Shown piece by piece: positions 34,891 to 43,991 of a stretch of 53,531 nt of DNA. Every line of letters starts with the position of its first letter. Positions within the stretch are counted from its first letter, which is position 1. The stretch lies in the IMG/VR virus record IMGVR_UViG_3300004806_000031, positions 1 through 53,531 of that record; one strand, 5' to 3'. Origin of the DNA: a virus (taxonomy: Duplodnaviria; Caudoviricetes). The position numbers and the translations under genes are program-made. The notes below the pieces were generated by a model. The model ran no database searches and was not told the origin of the DNA. It saw only the letters and a program-made list of their open reading frames with translations.

Positions 34891-36585
34891 ATGGCAATAG
34901 ATTTACAAAACCTGACAGAAGGCCAGCGGCGGGAACTTGTTCGCCAATTAAAGGCCAAAAATTACGAGGAAAGCCTGTATGACTTTACAGTCAGGGCTTG
35001 GCGCGAGGTTGACTCCGCGCCATTTGCCCACGGCGGATTCGCCTTGCAAGCCATATGTGAACACCTTCAGGCATGTTGCGACGGGTATATCCGTAATTTG
35101 ATCATTAACGTCCCGCCCCGCTTTTCAAAGTCAACCATTACGGGGACAATGTTTCCCGCGTGGGTGTGGACGCAAAGCATAAGCAGCCCAACGTCCGGCC
35201 CCGGTATGCAATTTTTGCATTCCTCATATGCAATGAATTTGTCAATTCAGGATTCGGTCAAGTGCCGACGCTTGATTGAAAGCAAGTGGTATCAAACACT
35301 GTGGGGCAACCGCTTTAAGTTGGTGGGCGACCAAAACACCAAGACGCGGTTTCAAAATGACAAGAATGGCATACGCAATACTGTGTCGGTTGGATCAGCC
35401 ACCACCGGCTTGGGCGGTAACTATTTGATTGCCGACGATCCTAACAATGCTCAGGAAGCCAATTCGGAGGCAATTATTGCCTCGACAATTGAGTGGTGGG
35501 ACATGGCGTGGTCAACCCGCCTCAACGACCCCAAGAAAGGCGTCAAGATTGTCATTCAGCAACGCCTGTCGGAGCAGGATGTTACCGGACACATTTTGTC
35601 AAAGGACGTGGGCGATTGGACACACTTGTGCTTGCCAATGCGATTTGAGGCGGCGCGTCGAACTTACAATGTATTAGTCCCCGCGGAATTAAATGGCGGG
35701 GAGGCGGTGGTGTGGACAGACCCCCGCACTGAGGAGGGGCAACTTCTTTGGCCCGAACGTTTTGGCGAGCAAGAAGTTAACTTGCTGGAGAAGACCCTTG
35801 GCCCCTACGCCACGGCGGGGCAATTGCAGCAACGGCCTGAACCAGCGGGCGGCGGTATTATCAAGCGCGAGTGGTGGGGCGAGTGGACCAAAGAAAAATA
35901 CCCACACAATTTGGAAATTGTTGTCGCGTCGGTCGATACTGCTTTCGGCGCAAAGGAATTTGAGGGTGACTTCTCCGCTTGCACTATTTGGGGCGTTTAC
36001 CGTGACGCTGGCCCAACGACCGGCATCGTGGGCGGAGACATGGGCGGAAGTTGGCAACGCATTTCAGCGGAGGAGCGCGAGGCTGACGTCCCCAAGGCTA
36101 TCATAATGCATGCGTGGCAGGGACGCATGGAATTGCATGAACTGGTGCAAAAGATTGCCGCGTCGGCCAAGGAGTGGAAAATTGATATGCTCCTGATTGA
36201 AAACAAAGCGTCAGGTATATCGGTCAGCCAAGAATTGCGTCGTCTATTTGGCGGAGAAAGTTACGGCGTCCGCCTCATTGACCCCAAGGGATTGGATAAA
36301 GTGGCGCGCACTTACTCAATTCAACACTTGTTTTCGGAGGGCATGATTATGGCCCCCACCGACCCGTCTGGCGAGGTATTCCGCGTGTGGGCCGAAATGG
36401 TTGTGGCGCAGTGCGCGACATTTCCAAAAGGCAAGCATGACGACTTACATGATACTGTCACGCAAGCATTGAATTGGTTGCGCTCAACTGGAATGCTTCA
36501 GCGTGGCGCGGAGCGGACGGCGGAATTGGCCAGCATGAAACAATTTGTCAGTGGCCGTGAAACGCAACCACTTTACCCAATATAA
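34891..36585 (+). CDS. terL: Terminase large subunit
   Basis: NVPPRFSKS (Walker A variant), LIADDP (Walker B), SVDTA, IENKASG and FPKGKHDDLHD. Confidence 0.95.
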   Translation: MAIDLQNLTEGQRRELVRQLKAKNYEESLYDFTVRAWREVDSAPFAHGGFALQAICEHLQACCDGYIRNLIINVPPRFSKSTITGTMFPAWVWTQSISSPTSGPGMQFLHSSYAMNLSIQDSVKCRRLIESKWYQTLWGNRFKLVGDQNTKTRFQNDKNGIRNTVSVGSATTGLGGNYLIADDPNNAQEANSEAIIASTIEWWDMAWSTRLNDPKKGVKIVIQQRLSEQDVTGHILSKDVGDWTHLCLPMRFEAARRTYNVLVPAELNGGEAVVWTDPRTEEGQLLWPERFGEQEVNLLEKTLGPYATAGQLQQRPEPAGGGIIKREWWGEWTKEKYPHNLEIVVASVDTAFGAKEFEGDFSACTIWGVYRDAGPTTGIVGGDMGGSWQRISAEEREADVPKAIIMHAWQGRMELHELVQKIAASAKEWKIDMLLIENKASGISVSQELRRLFGGESYGVRLIDPKGLDKVARTYSIQHLFSEGMIMAPTDPSGEVFRVWAEMVVAQCATFPKGKHDDLHDTVTQALNWLRSTGMLQRGAERTAELASMKQFVSGRETQPLYPI

Positions 36586-36598
36586 TAGGAGATTTGTA

Positions 36599-36910
36599 AT
36601 GAACGGGCGTAGATTTTTCTTAAAAATGCTTGGTTTTACGCCAATTGCGTTGTCTTCAAAAACGCAAGCCTCCAATAAATTAGAAGCAATTGATAAAAAT
36701 AAAGAAATTTCTCCATCCGTTTCTCGTTTAATTAAATTAACAAAAGAAGAAGTTGATTTGTGCCAAAACAATTTTTTAATGATTTCTCCAAAAGAATATG
36801 CAAAAAATAAATTAGAATTAATATTAAAAAATGAATTGCCAGATGAAAATCCAAACGAGTATGTGGTTGAATATGATTTTTTTGAAGACGGTGTTAAAAG
36901 GAGATTTTAA
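36599..36910 (+). CDS. AT-rich protein with Tat-like signal and scaffold-tail-like motif
   Basis: AGGAG RBS; MNGRRFFLKMLG; IKLTKEE...MISPKEYAKNK. Confidence 0.7.
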   Translation: MNGRRFFLKMLGFTPIALSSKTQASNKLEAIDKNKEISPSVSRLIKLTKEEVDLCQNNFLMISPKEYAKNKLELILKNELPDENPNEYVVEYDFFEDGVKRRF

Positions 36911-36912
36911 TA

Positions 36913-37146
36913 ATGGCAGACAATCCGCACTACATGACGCCGGAAGAAATGTCGAAATTGGTTTGCCCAATTGGGCGCGGCAATGGCATTCCCGGCAAGG
37001 AAGTTGTTGTTGAGGGGCAAATCCTTGGCAAGCCGTGCGTGGCAAATCATTGCGCCGCGTGGCGCTGGGCCACATACTTTGACGAAGAATCGGGCGAATA
37101 CTTGCACAGTGATGAATACGGAAGTTGCGGATTTTTGGGCGTATGA
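36913..37146 (+). CDS. Cys-rich protein, paralogue of 32370-32636
   Basis: DNPHYMTPEE..C...C....CAAWRW...GSCG. Confidence 0.75.
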   Translation: MADNPHYMTPEEMSKLVCPIGRGNGIPGKEVVVEGQILGKPCVANHCAAWRWATYFDEESGEYLHSDEYGSCGFLGV

Positions 37147-37295
37147 GCAAAGAAATCAAAGCAATAGCGACAAGAAAAATGGATGACGGTCGCATTATGT
37201 TGACGGTAGTAATTGACACAAAAATTGTCCAAGTCGCGGTTAAAAAAAATGTGGCGGTCAGCATAATTAAGGCGTTGGCTGACGTCCTTGACTAA
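37143..37295 (+). CDS. Small hypothetical protein (50 aa)
   Basis: ATGA coupling; MSKEIKAIATRK...LADVLD. Confidence 0.5.
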   Translation: MSKEIKAIATRKMDDGRIMLTVVIDTKIVQVAVKKNVAVSIIKALADVLD

Positions 37296-37316
37296 AACTT
37301 TCATGCCGTGTAAAGC

Positions 37317-37466
37317 ATGACTTGTATTCGCACTGGGAATTTTCGATACGTTGCGTATCACCTAGTGGACGACTACCACCGGCTTGGGTGGATGATCGTA
37401 GCACACCTTGGCGCAACGCATGGAGAATATTCGGTTCTCATGTGGCGATGCGATTGCGAGGAGTAA
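37317..37466 (+). CDS. Small hypothetical protein (49 aa)
   Basis: MTCIRTGNFRYV...YHRLGWMIVA..HGEYSVLMWRCDC; fills the gap between neighbours. Confidence 0.55.
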   Translation: MTCIRTGNFRYVAYHLVDDYHRLGWMIVAHLGATHGEYSVLMWRCDCEE

Positions 37467-37469
37467 TCC

Positions 37470-37730
37470 ATGATGACGTGGAACCACCGAGTTGTGAAAT
37501 ATAAGACACGGAATTTGTTTGGGGACCCCGACGTGGGGTTTGCCATCCATGAAGTGTATTACGATCAAGACGGTAATGTGCAAGGAATGACGGCCAATGC
37601 GGTAAAGCCTTGGGGCGACACCAAGGATGAACTGCGGTTGGAACTTATGCGTATGCTGGATGCCCTCAACAAGCCAGACCTTGATCTTGATGAACAAGAC
37701 GACGATTGGAGATTTGCGAACGAGGCGTAA
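37470..37730 (+). CDS. Conserved phage hypothetical protein
   Basis: MTWNHRVV...FAIHEVYYD...M.DAL.KP.L. Confidence 0.75.
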   Translation: MMTWNHRVVKYKTRNLFGDPDVGFAIHEVYYDQDGNVQGMTANAVKPWGDTKDELRLELMRMLDALNKPDLDLDEQDDDWRFANEA

Positions 37731-37742
37731 TTGGCCTATAAT
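37714..37742 (+). promoter_or_regulatory. Sigma70 promoter for the portal/head operon
   Basis: TTGCGA-N17-TATAAT. Confidence 0.6.
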
Positions 37743-37769
37743 GCGCGGAACTTCAACAGGATACCGCAC

Positions 37770-40064
37770 ATGGCACTGACGCCCGGTCTCGTTCCAAACC
37801 TTCGTCTTGATCAAGATGAGCCTGAAAACACTCTCGGCGAGGGTCAAGACACCATTGTCATTATGGACGCCGACGAGGGCGCGGATCTGCCGGAGTTGGA
37901 TGCCGATGGAAATGTGTTACGGATTGACCACGGGGACGGCTCTATTAGCGTTTCGCTTGACGGCAACCCTATACAATCTGGCAAGAAAAATAAAAACGAG
38001 GGCTGGTTTGCTAACTTGGCCGAAGATTTAAGCGAGACAGAACTGTCATCTATTGCAGAAAAGTTAATTAGAGGAATTGAGGAAGACATTGAATCCCGCA
38101 AAGATTGGATTGAGGACCGCGCGCAAGGTTTGCGCCTTCTTGGCCTTAAAATTGAACTTCCGGGTCTCCAAGGGACGGCGGACGGCGCACCACTTGAGGG
38201 AATGTCACGCATTCGGCACCCGCTCTTGCTTGAGGCAGTGCTACGATTCCAAGCGAACGCCCGGTCAGAACTATTGCCTACGGATGGACCCGTAAAGGTA
38301 AGGGTTGACGGCAACCAAGACTCGCCAGAAGTAGATCAAATGGCGGAGTATTTGGAGCGTGATTTTAATCACTACCTGACCGCGGTGGCCAAGGAATACT
38401 ACCCAGACACCGACAAAATGCTATTTATGCTTGGTTTTGGCGGCTCATCGTTCAAAAAAGTGTATTTTTGCCCACTACGCAACCGCCCGGTGTCTGAAAC
38501 GGTCGATGCGGACGATTTAATTGTCAATAATGAGGCCACAGACCTGTCAAATGCCCGCCGAGTGACCCACAAAATCTCAATGAGGCCGTCTGTCGTCAAA
38601 CGCATGCAGATTATTGGCGCTTACCGTGACGTTGACCTTGGCTCGGCCAAGGAAAAAGACCTAAATGCGGTCGAAAAAGAAAAAAATGCCATTGGCGGCG
38701 TCGAGGGAGACGTCCGCGACGTTGAAGATCGTGACCGCGAAATTTACGAATGCTACTGCGAACTGGATATTTTGGGATTTGAGCATAAAATTGACGGCGA
38801 GGAGACAGGTTTAGAAGTCCCCTACCGCGTAACCATCGACGCCTCGTCCAAAAAAGTGCTAAATATTGTCAGAAATTACAAAGAAGAAGAACAAGATTTG
38901 CCTGAGGCGCTTGTTCACTTTGTAAAATTTGATTTTGTGCCGGGATTGAAGTTTTACGGCATGGGATTGCTCCATATTTTGGGCAATACGACCAATGCAC
39001 TGACCGCGGCGTGGCGCGAATTGCTTGACGCTGGCATGTACGCCAATTTCCCCGGCTTTTTGTATGCCAAGGCGGCTGGGCGTCAGAATACTAACATATT
39101 CCGTGTGCCTCCGGGCGGCGGCGCTCAAGTGGACACGGCTGGCATGCCCATCCAACAGGCCGTTATGCCGTTGCCATACAAGGAGCCGTCCGCGGCATTG
39201 GGCGCGTTGGCGGAAAACATTAGCCAATACGGCCAGCGGGTCGGCGGCACGTCTGAATTGCAAGTGGGCGAGGGAAAGTCTGACGCGCCGGTCGGGACAA
39301 CTTTGGCCATTATTGAGCAAGCGCAAAAGGTTTTGAACAGCGTCCACAAGCGTCTGCATGCGGCTCAGGCGGACGAATTTCAATTGCTGGCGCAGTGTTT
39401 CCGTGACCACCCAGAATCATTCTGGCAACGCAACAAGCGGCCAGCAACGCAGTGGGATGAGAAAATATTCCTTGATGCGTTGGAAAATTATGAATTGGTT
39501 CCCCAAGCCGACCCAAATACGGCCAGCCACATTCAGCGGGTGATGAAAGTCACGGCCTTGATCCAGTTGGCGCAGCAAGCGCCTGATCTTTATAACCTTG
39601 ATGCTGTAAACCGCGAGGCATTGCTGACCCTTGGTTGGGCAAACCCGTCATCGTTGTTGCGTGACACCGTTAACCAGCCCGCCCCGCCTGACCCGCAAGC
39701 AATGGCCGCGCAAACTGCGGCGCAAGCGGCCATGATCACCGCACAGTCAAAGATGACTGAGGCTCAGGTCAAGGTTCAGGAGTTGCAAAACAAGACCGGG
39801 GGCGGCCAAGGCATGGCCCCAGAGGATCAGGTCAAGTTGGCCGAAATCCAGCAGAAGAACATCGACGCGCAATTGGATGCCACGAACCGCAAGCGCGACC
39901 GCGAGAGCCGTGAGCGGCTGGCTGCAATGAAGTTTGCGGAGGAAATGGCGGAGAATCCGTCTGGTTTGGCTATTGCTCGCCAATTGATTGACCCCGGCAT
40001 GTTACAGAGACTTGAAGGAAACGAACCAGAAATGTCTCCCACGCCCGGCGGCGTCATCCAGTAG
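37770..40064 (+). CDS. Portal protein
   Basis: HPLLLEAVLRFQA, GSSFKKVY, FYGMGL.H.LG and APVGTTLA motifs; follows terL. Confidence 0.9.
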   Translation: MALTPGLVPNLRLDQDEPENTLGEGQDTIVIMDADEGADLPELDADGNVLRIDHGDGSISVSLDGNPIQSGKKNKNEGWFANLAEDLSETELSSIAEKLIRGIEEDIESRKDWIEDRAQGLRLLGLKIELPGLQGTADGAPLEGMSRIRHPLLLEAVLRFQANARSELLPTDGPVKVRVDGNQDSPEVDQMAEYLERDFNHYLTAVAKEYYPDTDKMLFMLGFGGSSFKKVYFCPLRNRPVSETVDADDLIVNNEATDLSNARRVTHKISMRPSVVKRMQIIGAYRDVDLGSAKEKDLNAVEKEKNAIGGVEGDVRDVEDRDREIYECYCELDILGFEHKIDGEETGLEVPYRVTIDASSKKVLNIVRNYKEEEQDLPEALVHFVKFDFVPGLKFYGMGLLHILGNTTNALTAAWRELLDAGMYANFPGFLYAKAAGRQNTNIFRVPPGGGAQVDTAGMPIQQAVMPLPYKEPSAALGALAENISQYGQRVGGTSELQVGEGKSDAPVGTTLAIIEQAQKVLNSVHKRLHAAQADEFQLLAQCFRDHPESFWQRNKRPATQWDEKIFLDALENYELVPQADPNTASHIQRVMKVTALIQLAQQAPDLYNLDAVNREALLTLGWANPSSLLRDTVNQPAPPDPQAMAAQTAAQAAMITAQSKMTEAQVKVQELQNKTGGGQGMAPEDQVKLAEIQQKNIDAQLDATNRKRDRESRERLAAMKFAEEMAENPSGLAIARQLIDPGMLQRLEGNEPEMSPTPGGVIQ

Positions 40065-40071
40065 GTGAGTT

Positions 40072-41841
40072 ATGGCAAATAAACCCAAAACAATAGGCAA
40101 GAGGACTGGATACGCTACTCTTGGCGGGGTTCCTTTGTCAGAAGATGAAGCGTTGGAATTTAACCAAAATTTGGTTTCTGGTTACGACCCAATGGCTGAA
40201 GCCATTACCCATGCACTGCGTTCAGCCCGCAAGCACTTTGATGATGGCGGCGGCGCTGAGGGCGGCGGCGAAGGTGAGAGCGAAAGCAACCAAACCGACC
40301 GGTCAGAGGCTGCGGCTAATGCTGATATGGCGGCATCGCAATCTATTGCTAACGCAACAGAAAACAACTCCCGCGCTGACAGTTTAGCAGAATCACAGCA
40401 AGCCACAGCAGATCGGCAAGCAGAAGCATACAATCAAGATGTTGGCCGGTTCTCTTTTGGCAACAACATCAATACCGGAGCGGCTTCTGATTTTGGGCTA
40501 ACCAGCAACGCATCGCCTCAAACCATATCGGAATACACTGAACAAAGATTAAATACCCCCTATCAAGGGACGCTGCAAAACGCGGTCATGTTTCCCGGCG
40601 ATGCTTTTGGCATGTCCTACCCCGGTCTGGTGGGAAAGCAAAACACGGCGGCTGGCGCTGCTGGATTTTTGGGAAGCCTTATGGGGGAAAGCGGTAAAAC
40701 GTTGGACCCGTCAGCCATCAACGGCCCGTCTATTGGCATTGCGCAAGAAACAGGGCCACGGGCTGCGGCCCTCAAAGAGGCCCTTGGAATTGACCCAAGT
40801 TTGACGGGAAACGCGTTGCGCGATGCCTTGGCTGGTACGCAAATGGCCCAAATGGGTTTTGCCCTAAATGAGGTTAACGCCCCCGCGTATGGCCCAACTG
40901 CTCGCGCTATGGCAACTGGCACAAACCCTGCTGATGTGGCCGATATTGTTACGCAAAATTTTGAACGCCCATCATTGGAAAACCTGATTTCGTCCGCGCC
41001 AATGCGTGAGGCATACGCCCAAAGTATTATGTCGGGCAAACCATCCGCGGCCACAATGCAGCCGGGTGCTTATGATGTCGCGCCAGCAAGCGTTATGGCG
41101 GCCCTGCAAAGCGGGGTAAAAATGGCAGACACGCAAAGCCAAAATGCGCCGCGGCAAATTGCAAACGATGCGCAATTGGTTGGCGGGACAGCCAGTGATG
41201 CGGTCAATGACCCCGCAGTTACAGCCGCTATGAAAGCGGCGCAATCAGCGAACGCAACAACAGACCCATACGCGGCATTAATGAGTTTGCCCGGATATGG
41301 ATCGGAAGACCCCTCTCAAATTGCGGCATTTAATCGGGCCGCAGCCGCAGAACTTGGCCAATCTATTGGGCCGCAAAGTGCTATGGGAGTTCTCGCCGCC
41401 GGGCAACGGACGCCACAAACAAATACATTTATGGGCGGCCTGAGCGGCGCGTTGGAAAATTTATTTGCGCCAAAATTTGTTGGCGTGAACGATCCCAATT
41501 ACGCTAAAATGGCTTCGCAAAAGGACGTTGAATTTACGCCCGGCCCACAAAACGACCACACCCCAGTGTATGTGCCACCAATTGCCGGAACAACCGCAGC
41601 CGCGGTAACTCCAACAACATACCCAGCGTATGTCCCGCCAACTTACAATTACACTCAAAACCAGCCGTATAAGTCTTTGGGGGCGACGGCCTATAATTAT
41701 GGCGCAAATCCCCTAACTTACCAAAACGCTATAGATTGGAGCAGGATCCCCGGTTATGGGGCGGCATCCGGTGGGGCAATTAGCAATAACAATGCCTTAT
41801 CCAACGCTTTGCGTATGCTTCGGGGTGGGAACAAAGAATGA
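40072..41841 (+). CDS. Internal virion protein with phage tail lysozyme-like domain
   Basis: AAGFLGSLMGESG..DP.A...SIGIAQ..G.R...Q..F...E....FERP pattern. Confidence 0.7.
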   Translation: MANKPKTIGKRTGYATLGGVPLSEDEALEFNQNLVSGYDPMAEAITHALRSARKHFDDGGGAEGGGEGESESNQTDRSEAAANADMAASQSIANATENNSRADSLAESQQATADRQAEAYNQDVGRFSFGNNINTGAASDFGLTSNASPQTISEYTEQRLNTPYQGTLQNAVMFPGDAFGMSYPGLVGKQNTAAGAAGFLGSLMGESGKTLDPSAINGPSIGIAQETGPRAAALKEALGIDPSLTGNALRDALAGTQMAQMGFALNEVNAPAYGPTARAMATGTNPADVADIVTQNFERPSLENLISSAPMREAYAQSIMSGKPSAATMQPGAYDVAPASVMAALQSGVKMADTQSQNAPRQIANDAQLVGGTASDAVNDPAVTAAMKAAQSANATTDPYAALMSLPGYGSEDPSQIAAFNRAAAAELGQSIGPQSAMGVLAAGQRTPQTNTFMGGLSGALENLFAPKFVGVNDPNYAKMASQKDVEFTPGPQNDHTPVYVPPIAGTTAAAVTPTTYPAYVPPTYNYTQNQPYKSLGATAYNYGANPLTYQNAIDWSRIPGYGAASGGAISNNNALSNALRMLRGGNKE

Positions 41842-41919
41842 ACAGATATTGTGCCGACGCAGAAATTAGGTTAATATTCACTTATTGTGACTGCGTTGCC
41901 GCAGCGATGGAGCAAGCCT

Positions 41920-43311
41920 ATGCATGAGTACCTTAAAGCGGCCCGCGACGGAGCGGCAAAGAAACTGAAAGCCATTGAATCTGGCGAGCCGCACACGAAA
42001 GTCGATTCGTCTTCGTGGTCCCCGCCCGAAGCAGAGGGTTCTCAAAAGCAAACGGGTATGCGCCCCGTCAGCCCACGCCAATACAAGTCTGGCGGCAAAG
42101 TGCATGGCACAATGGCCAAGAAGCGCGCAGACCGCAAGGCCCGCAAAGACGGCGGGAAGGCAATGCCACCAGTAGATCGCTTTATTAACCGCGACATGAA
42201 AAAGGCTAATGATCTTCGCGAGGGCGAAAAACACGTCGGCGGCATGAAGAAGGGTGGCCGGATCAAGCGCGAGCATCACGCTGATGGCGACGCTGTGGGT
42301 GATTTGATTCGTCAGGACCAAATTCAGCAAGGAATGAAGGGCCGCGGCCTCCCGATGCGCGCGCCGCTTCCGCCCCGTCGCCCGATGCCAGCGCCTCGGT
42401 ATATGCCAGACACCAATTTGACGACGCAGGGCGCAAAGCGTGGCGGCAAAATTGCTCACCCCGATGAGGCCGCTGACAAGGCGCTGATTAAGAAGATGGT
42501 TAAGCCAGAAGCCCGCACCGGCAAGAAAGACGGCGGCGGCGAAAAATGGATTCAGGGCGCAATCAAGCACCCCGGCTCTCTTCATAAGGCACTGCATGTC
42601 CCGGCTGGGGAAAAGATTCCCGCCAAGAAATTGGAAAAGGCCGCACACAGCGACAATCCAAAATTGGCTAAAAAGGCTAATTTGGCCAAAACGTTGAAGC
42701 GCATGCACCACGCTGATGGTGGCGCTACTGAAGCGCAACGCGTTGGTGCGAATTCTTCAAAGTTTTATAAAGAAGGTAATAAACCTGCTGTTCAATCAAC
42801 AAAATCATCAGATTTTGATGCAATGCGTAATGCTGACCGTAATTTAACCACTGCTTTAGAACAGCAAGGGTATAAAAAAGGTGGTCGTATTAAACACGCA
42901 TCTGGCGGTGAAACTGGCCGCGGCCTGTATGTCCGCAAGGGCTACCCGCACGAAGTTCCGGGCGCTGACGGTGGCCGCACGGCTAAGAAGCGCGGCGGAT
43001 CCATTGGCAAGGGCAAGACGAACGTGAACATTATGATTCACCCGCACAACCCTAATATGGCCATGAATCCTCCAATGCCAGCGGGCGCTAACATTCCTCC
43101 TCCGCCCCGCCCTGTTTCATTGCCTCCAATGGGCAGCGCGCCAATGGCCGCTCCAATGGCCGCACCGGCAATGCCCCCAATGGGCGCGGCTCGTCCGGGC
43201 ATGCCCCCAATGGGCCGCAAGGATGGCGGCAAGGTTGAGCATGTGATTGATCACGCGGCGGGCGGTGGATTAGGCCGCATGGAAAAGATTAAAGCATACG
43301 GCCTCAAATAA
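41920..43311 (+). CDS. Basic, low-complexity protein built from GG-delimited modules
   Basis: About 12 xx[AK]xGG motifs; K/R/H-rich; Pro/Met-rich segment. Confidence 0.8.
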   Translation: MHEYLKAARDGAAKKLKAIESGEPHTKVDSSSWSPPEAEGSQKQTGMRPVSPRQYKSGGKVHGTMAKKRADRKARKDGGKAMPPVDRFINRDMKKANDLREGEKHVGGMKKGGRIKREHHADGDAVGDLIRQDQIQQGMKGRGLPMRAPLPPRRPMPAPRYMPDTNLTTQGAKRGGKIAHPDEAADKALIKKMVKPEARTGKKDGGGEKWIQGAIKHPGSLHKALHVPAGEKIPAKKLEKAAHSDNPKLAKKANLAKTLKRMHHADGGATEAQRVGANSSKFYKEGNKPAVQSTKSSDFDAMRNADRNLTTALEQQGYKKGGRIKHASGGETGRGLYVRKGYPHEVPGADGGRTAKKRGGSIGKGKTNVNIMIHPHNPNMAMNPPMPAGANIPPPPRPVSLPPMGSAPMAAPMAAPAMPPMGAARPGMPPMGRKDGGKVEHVIDHAAGGGLGRMEKIKAYGLK

Positions 43312-43372
43312 CCTGTTTAGGTTTTTGGCCCGTCTATAGGAATATTAGCCATGCGGCATTTAAGGTGGCCGC

Positions 43373-43582
43373 ATGGTTCAAACATATAGCACATATCTCG
43401 AATACGAAATCGGACGCCTTATCGACGAGGCGATTGCCGACGAGATTGCTATTCTTGCCAACGGCAACGTCGAAGACATCAAAGATTACAAACTTAGAGT
43501 TGGCATAATTCGTGGCTTGCAGAAGGCCAAAGACCTTATGCCCGAAGCAGACCGAAACCTTCAAACAGGCGAAAGAGGATAA
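43373..43582 (+). CDS. Conserved head-module hypothetical protein
   Basis: LANG...D..DYK..VG.IRGL pattern, lying before the GroES-like gene. Confidence 0.75.
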   Translation: MVQTYSTYLEYEIGRLIDEAIADEIAILANGNVEDIKDYKLRVGIIRGLQKAKDLMPEADRNLQTGERG

Positions 43583-43584
43583 AC

Positions 43585-43977
43585 ATGCCGTATACGCGCA
43601 TGCACCATGACGTTGAACCCAAAGATGCCATTTTAAGTGAACTTGGCGACATTAGCGGCATTGAGATTTTCAATACGCATGTCCTTGTCGCGACATATGT
43701 TCGCCCCAACAAGACCAAGAGCGGCATTCACCTGACCGACAAGTATGTCGATGAGGACAAGTATCAAGGCAAAGTTGGCCTTGTAGTCAAGAAGGGGCCG
43801 CTGGCTTTCATTGACGAGGACCAAGACTGGTTCAGGGGTGTTGAAGTCAATTTGGGCGACTGGGTTGTTTACCGCCCGTCCGACGGCTGGTCGATGAATG
43901 TGCATGGCGTCCAGTGCCGTGTGTTGCGTGACATAGACATTCGCGGTCGCATTCCGGCCCCGGATGCGGTTTGGTAA
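43585..43977 (+). CDS. GroES/Cpn10-like co-chaperonin
   Basis: VLV....KTKSGIHL......GKVGLVVKKGP.....V.LGDWV....G......CRVLRD.DI. Confidence 0.8.
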   Translation: MPYTRMHHDVEPKDAILSELGDISGIEIFNTHVLVATYVRPNKTKSGIHLTDKYVDEDKYQGKVGLVVKKGPLAFIDEDQDWFRGVEVNLGDWVVYRPSDGWSMNVHGVQCRVLRDIDIRGRIPAPDAVW

Positions 43978-43991
43978 AGGAATTGTTTCAC

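Noticed and set aside
41878-42738. Long antisense ORFs (e.g. 41878-42738, 8173-8769, 21175-21759, 47815-48390)
   Set aside because: They shadow well-supported genes on the other strand and show no recognisable motifs.
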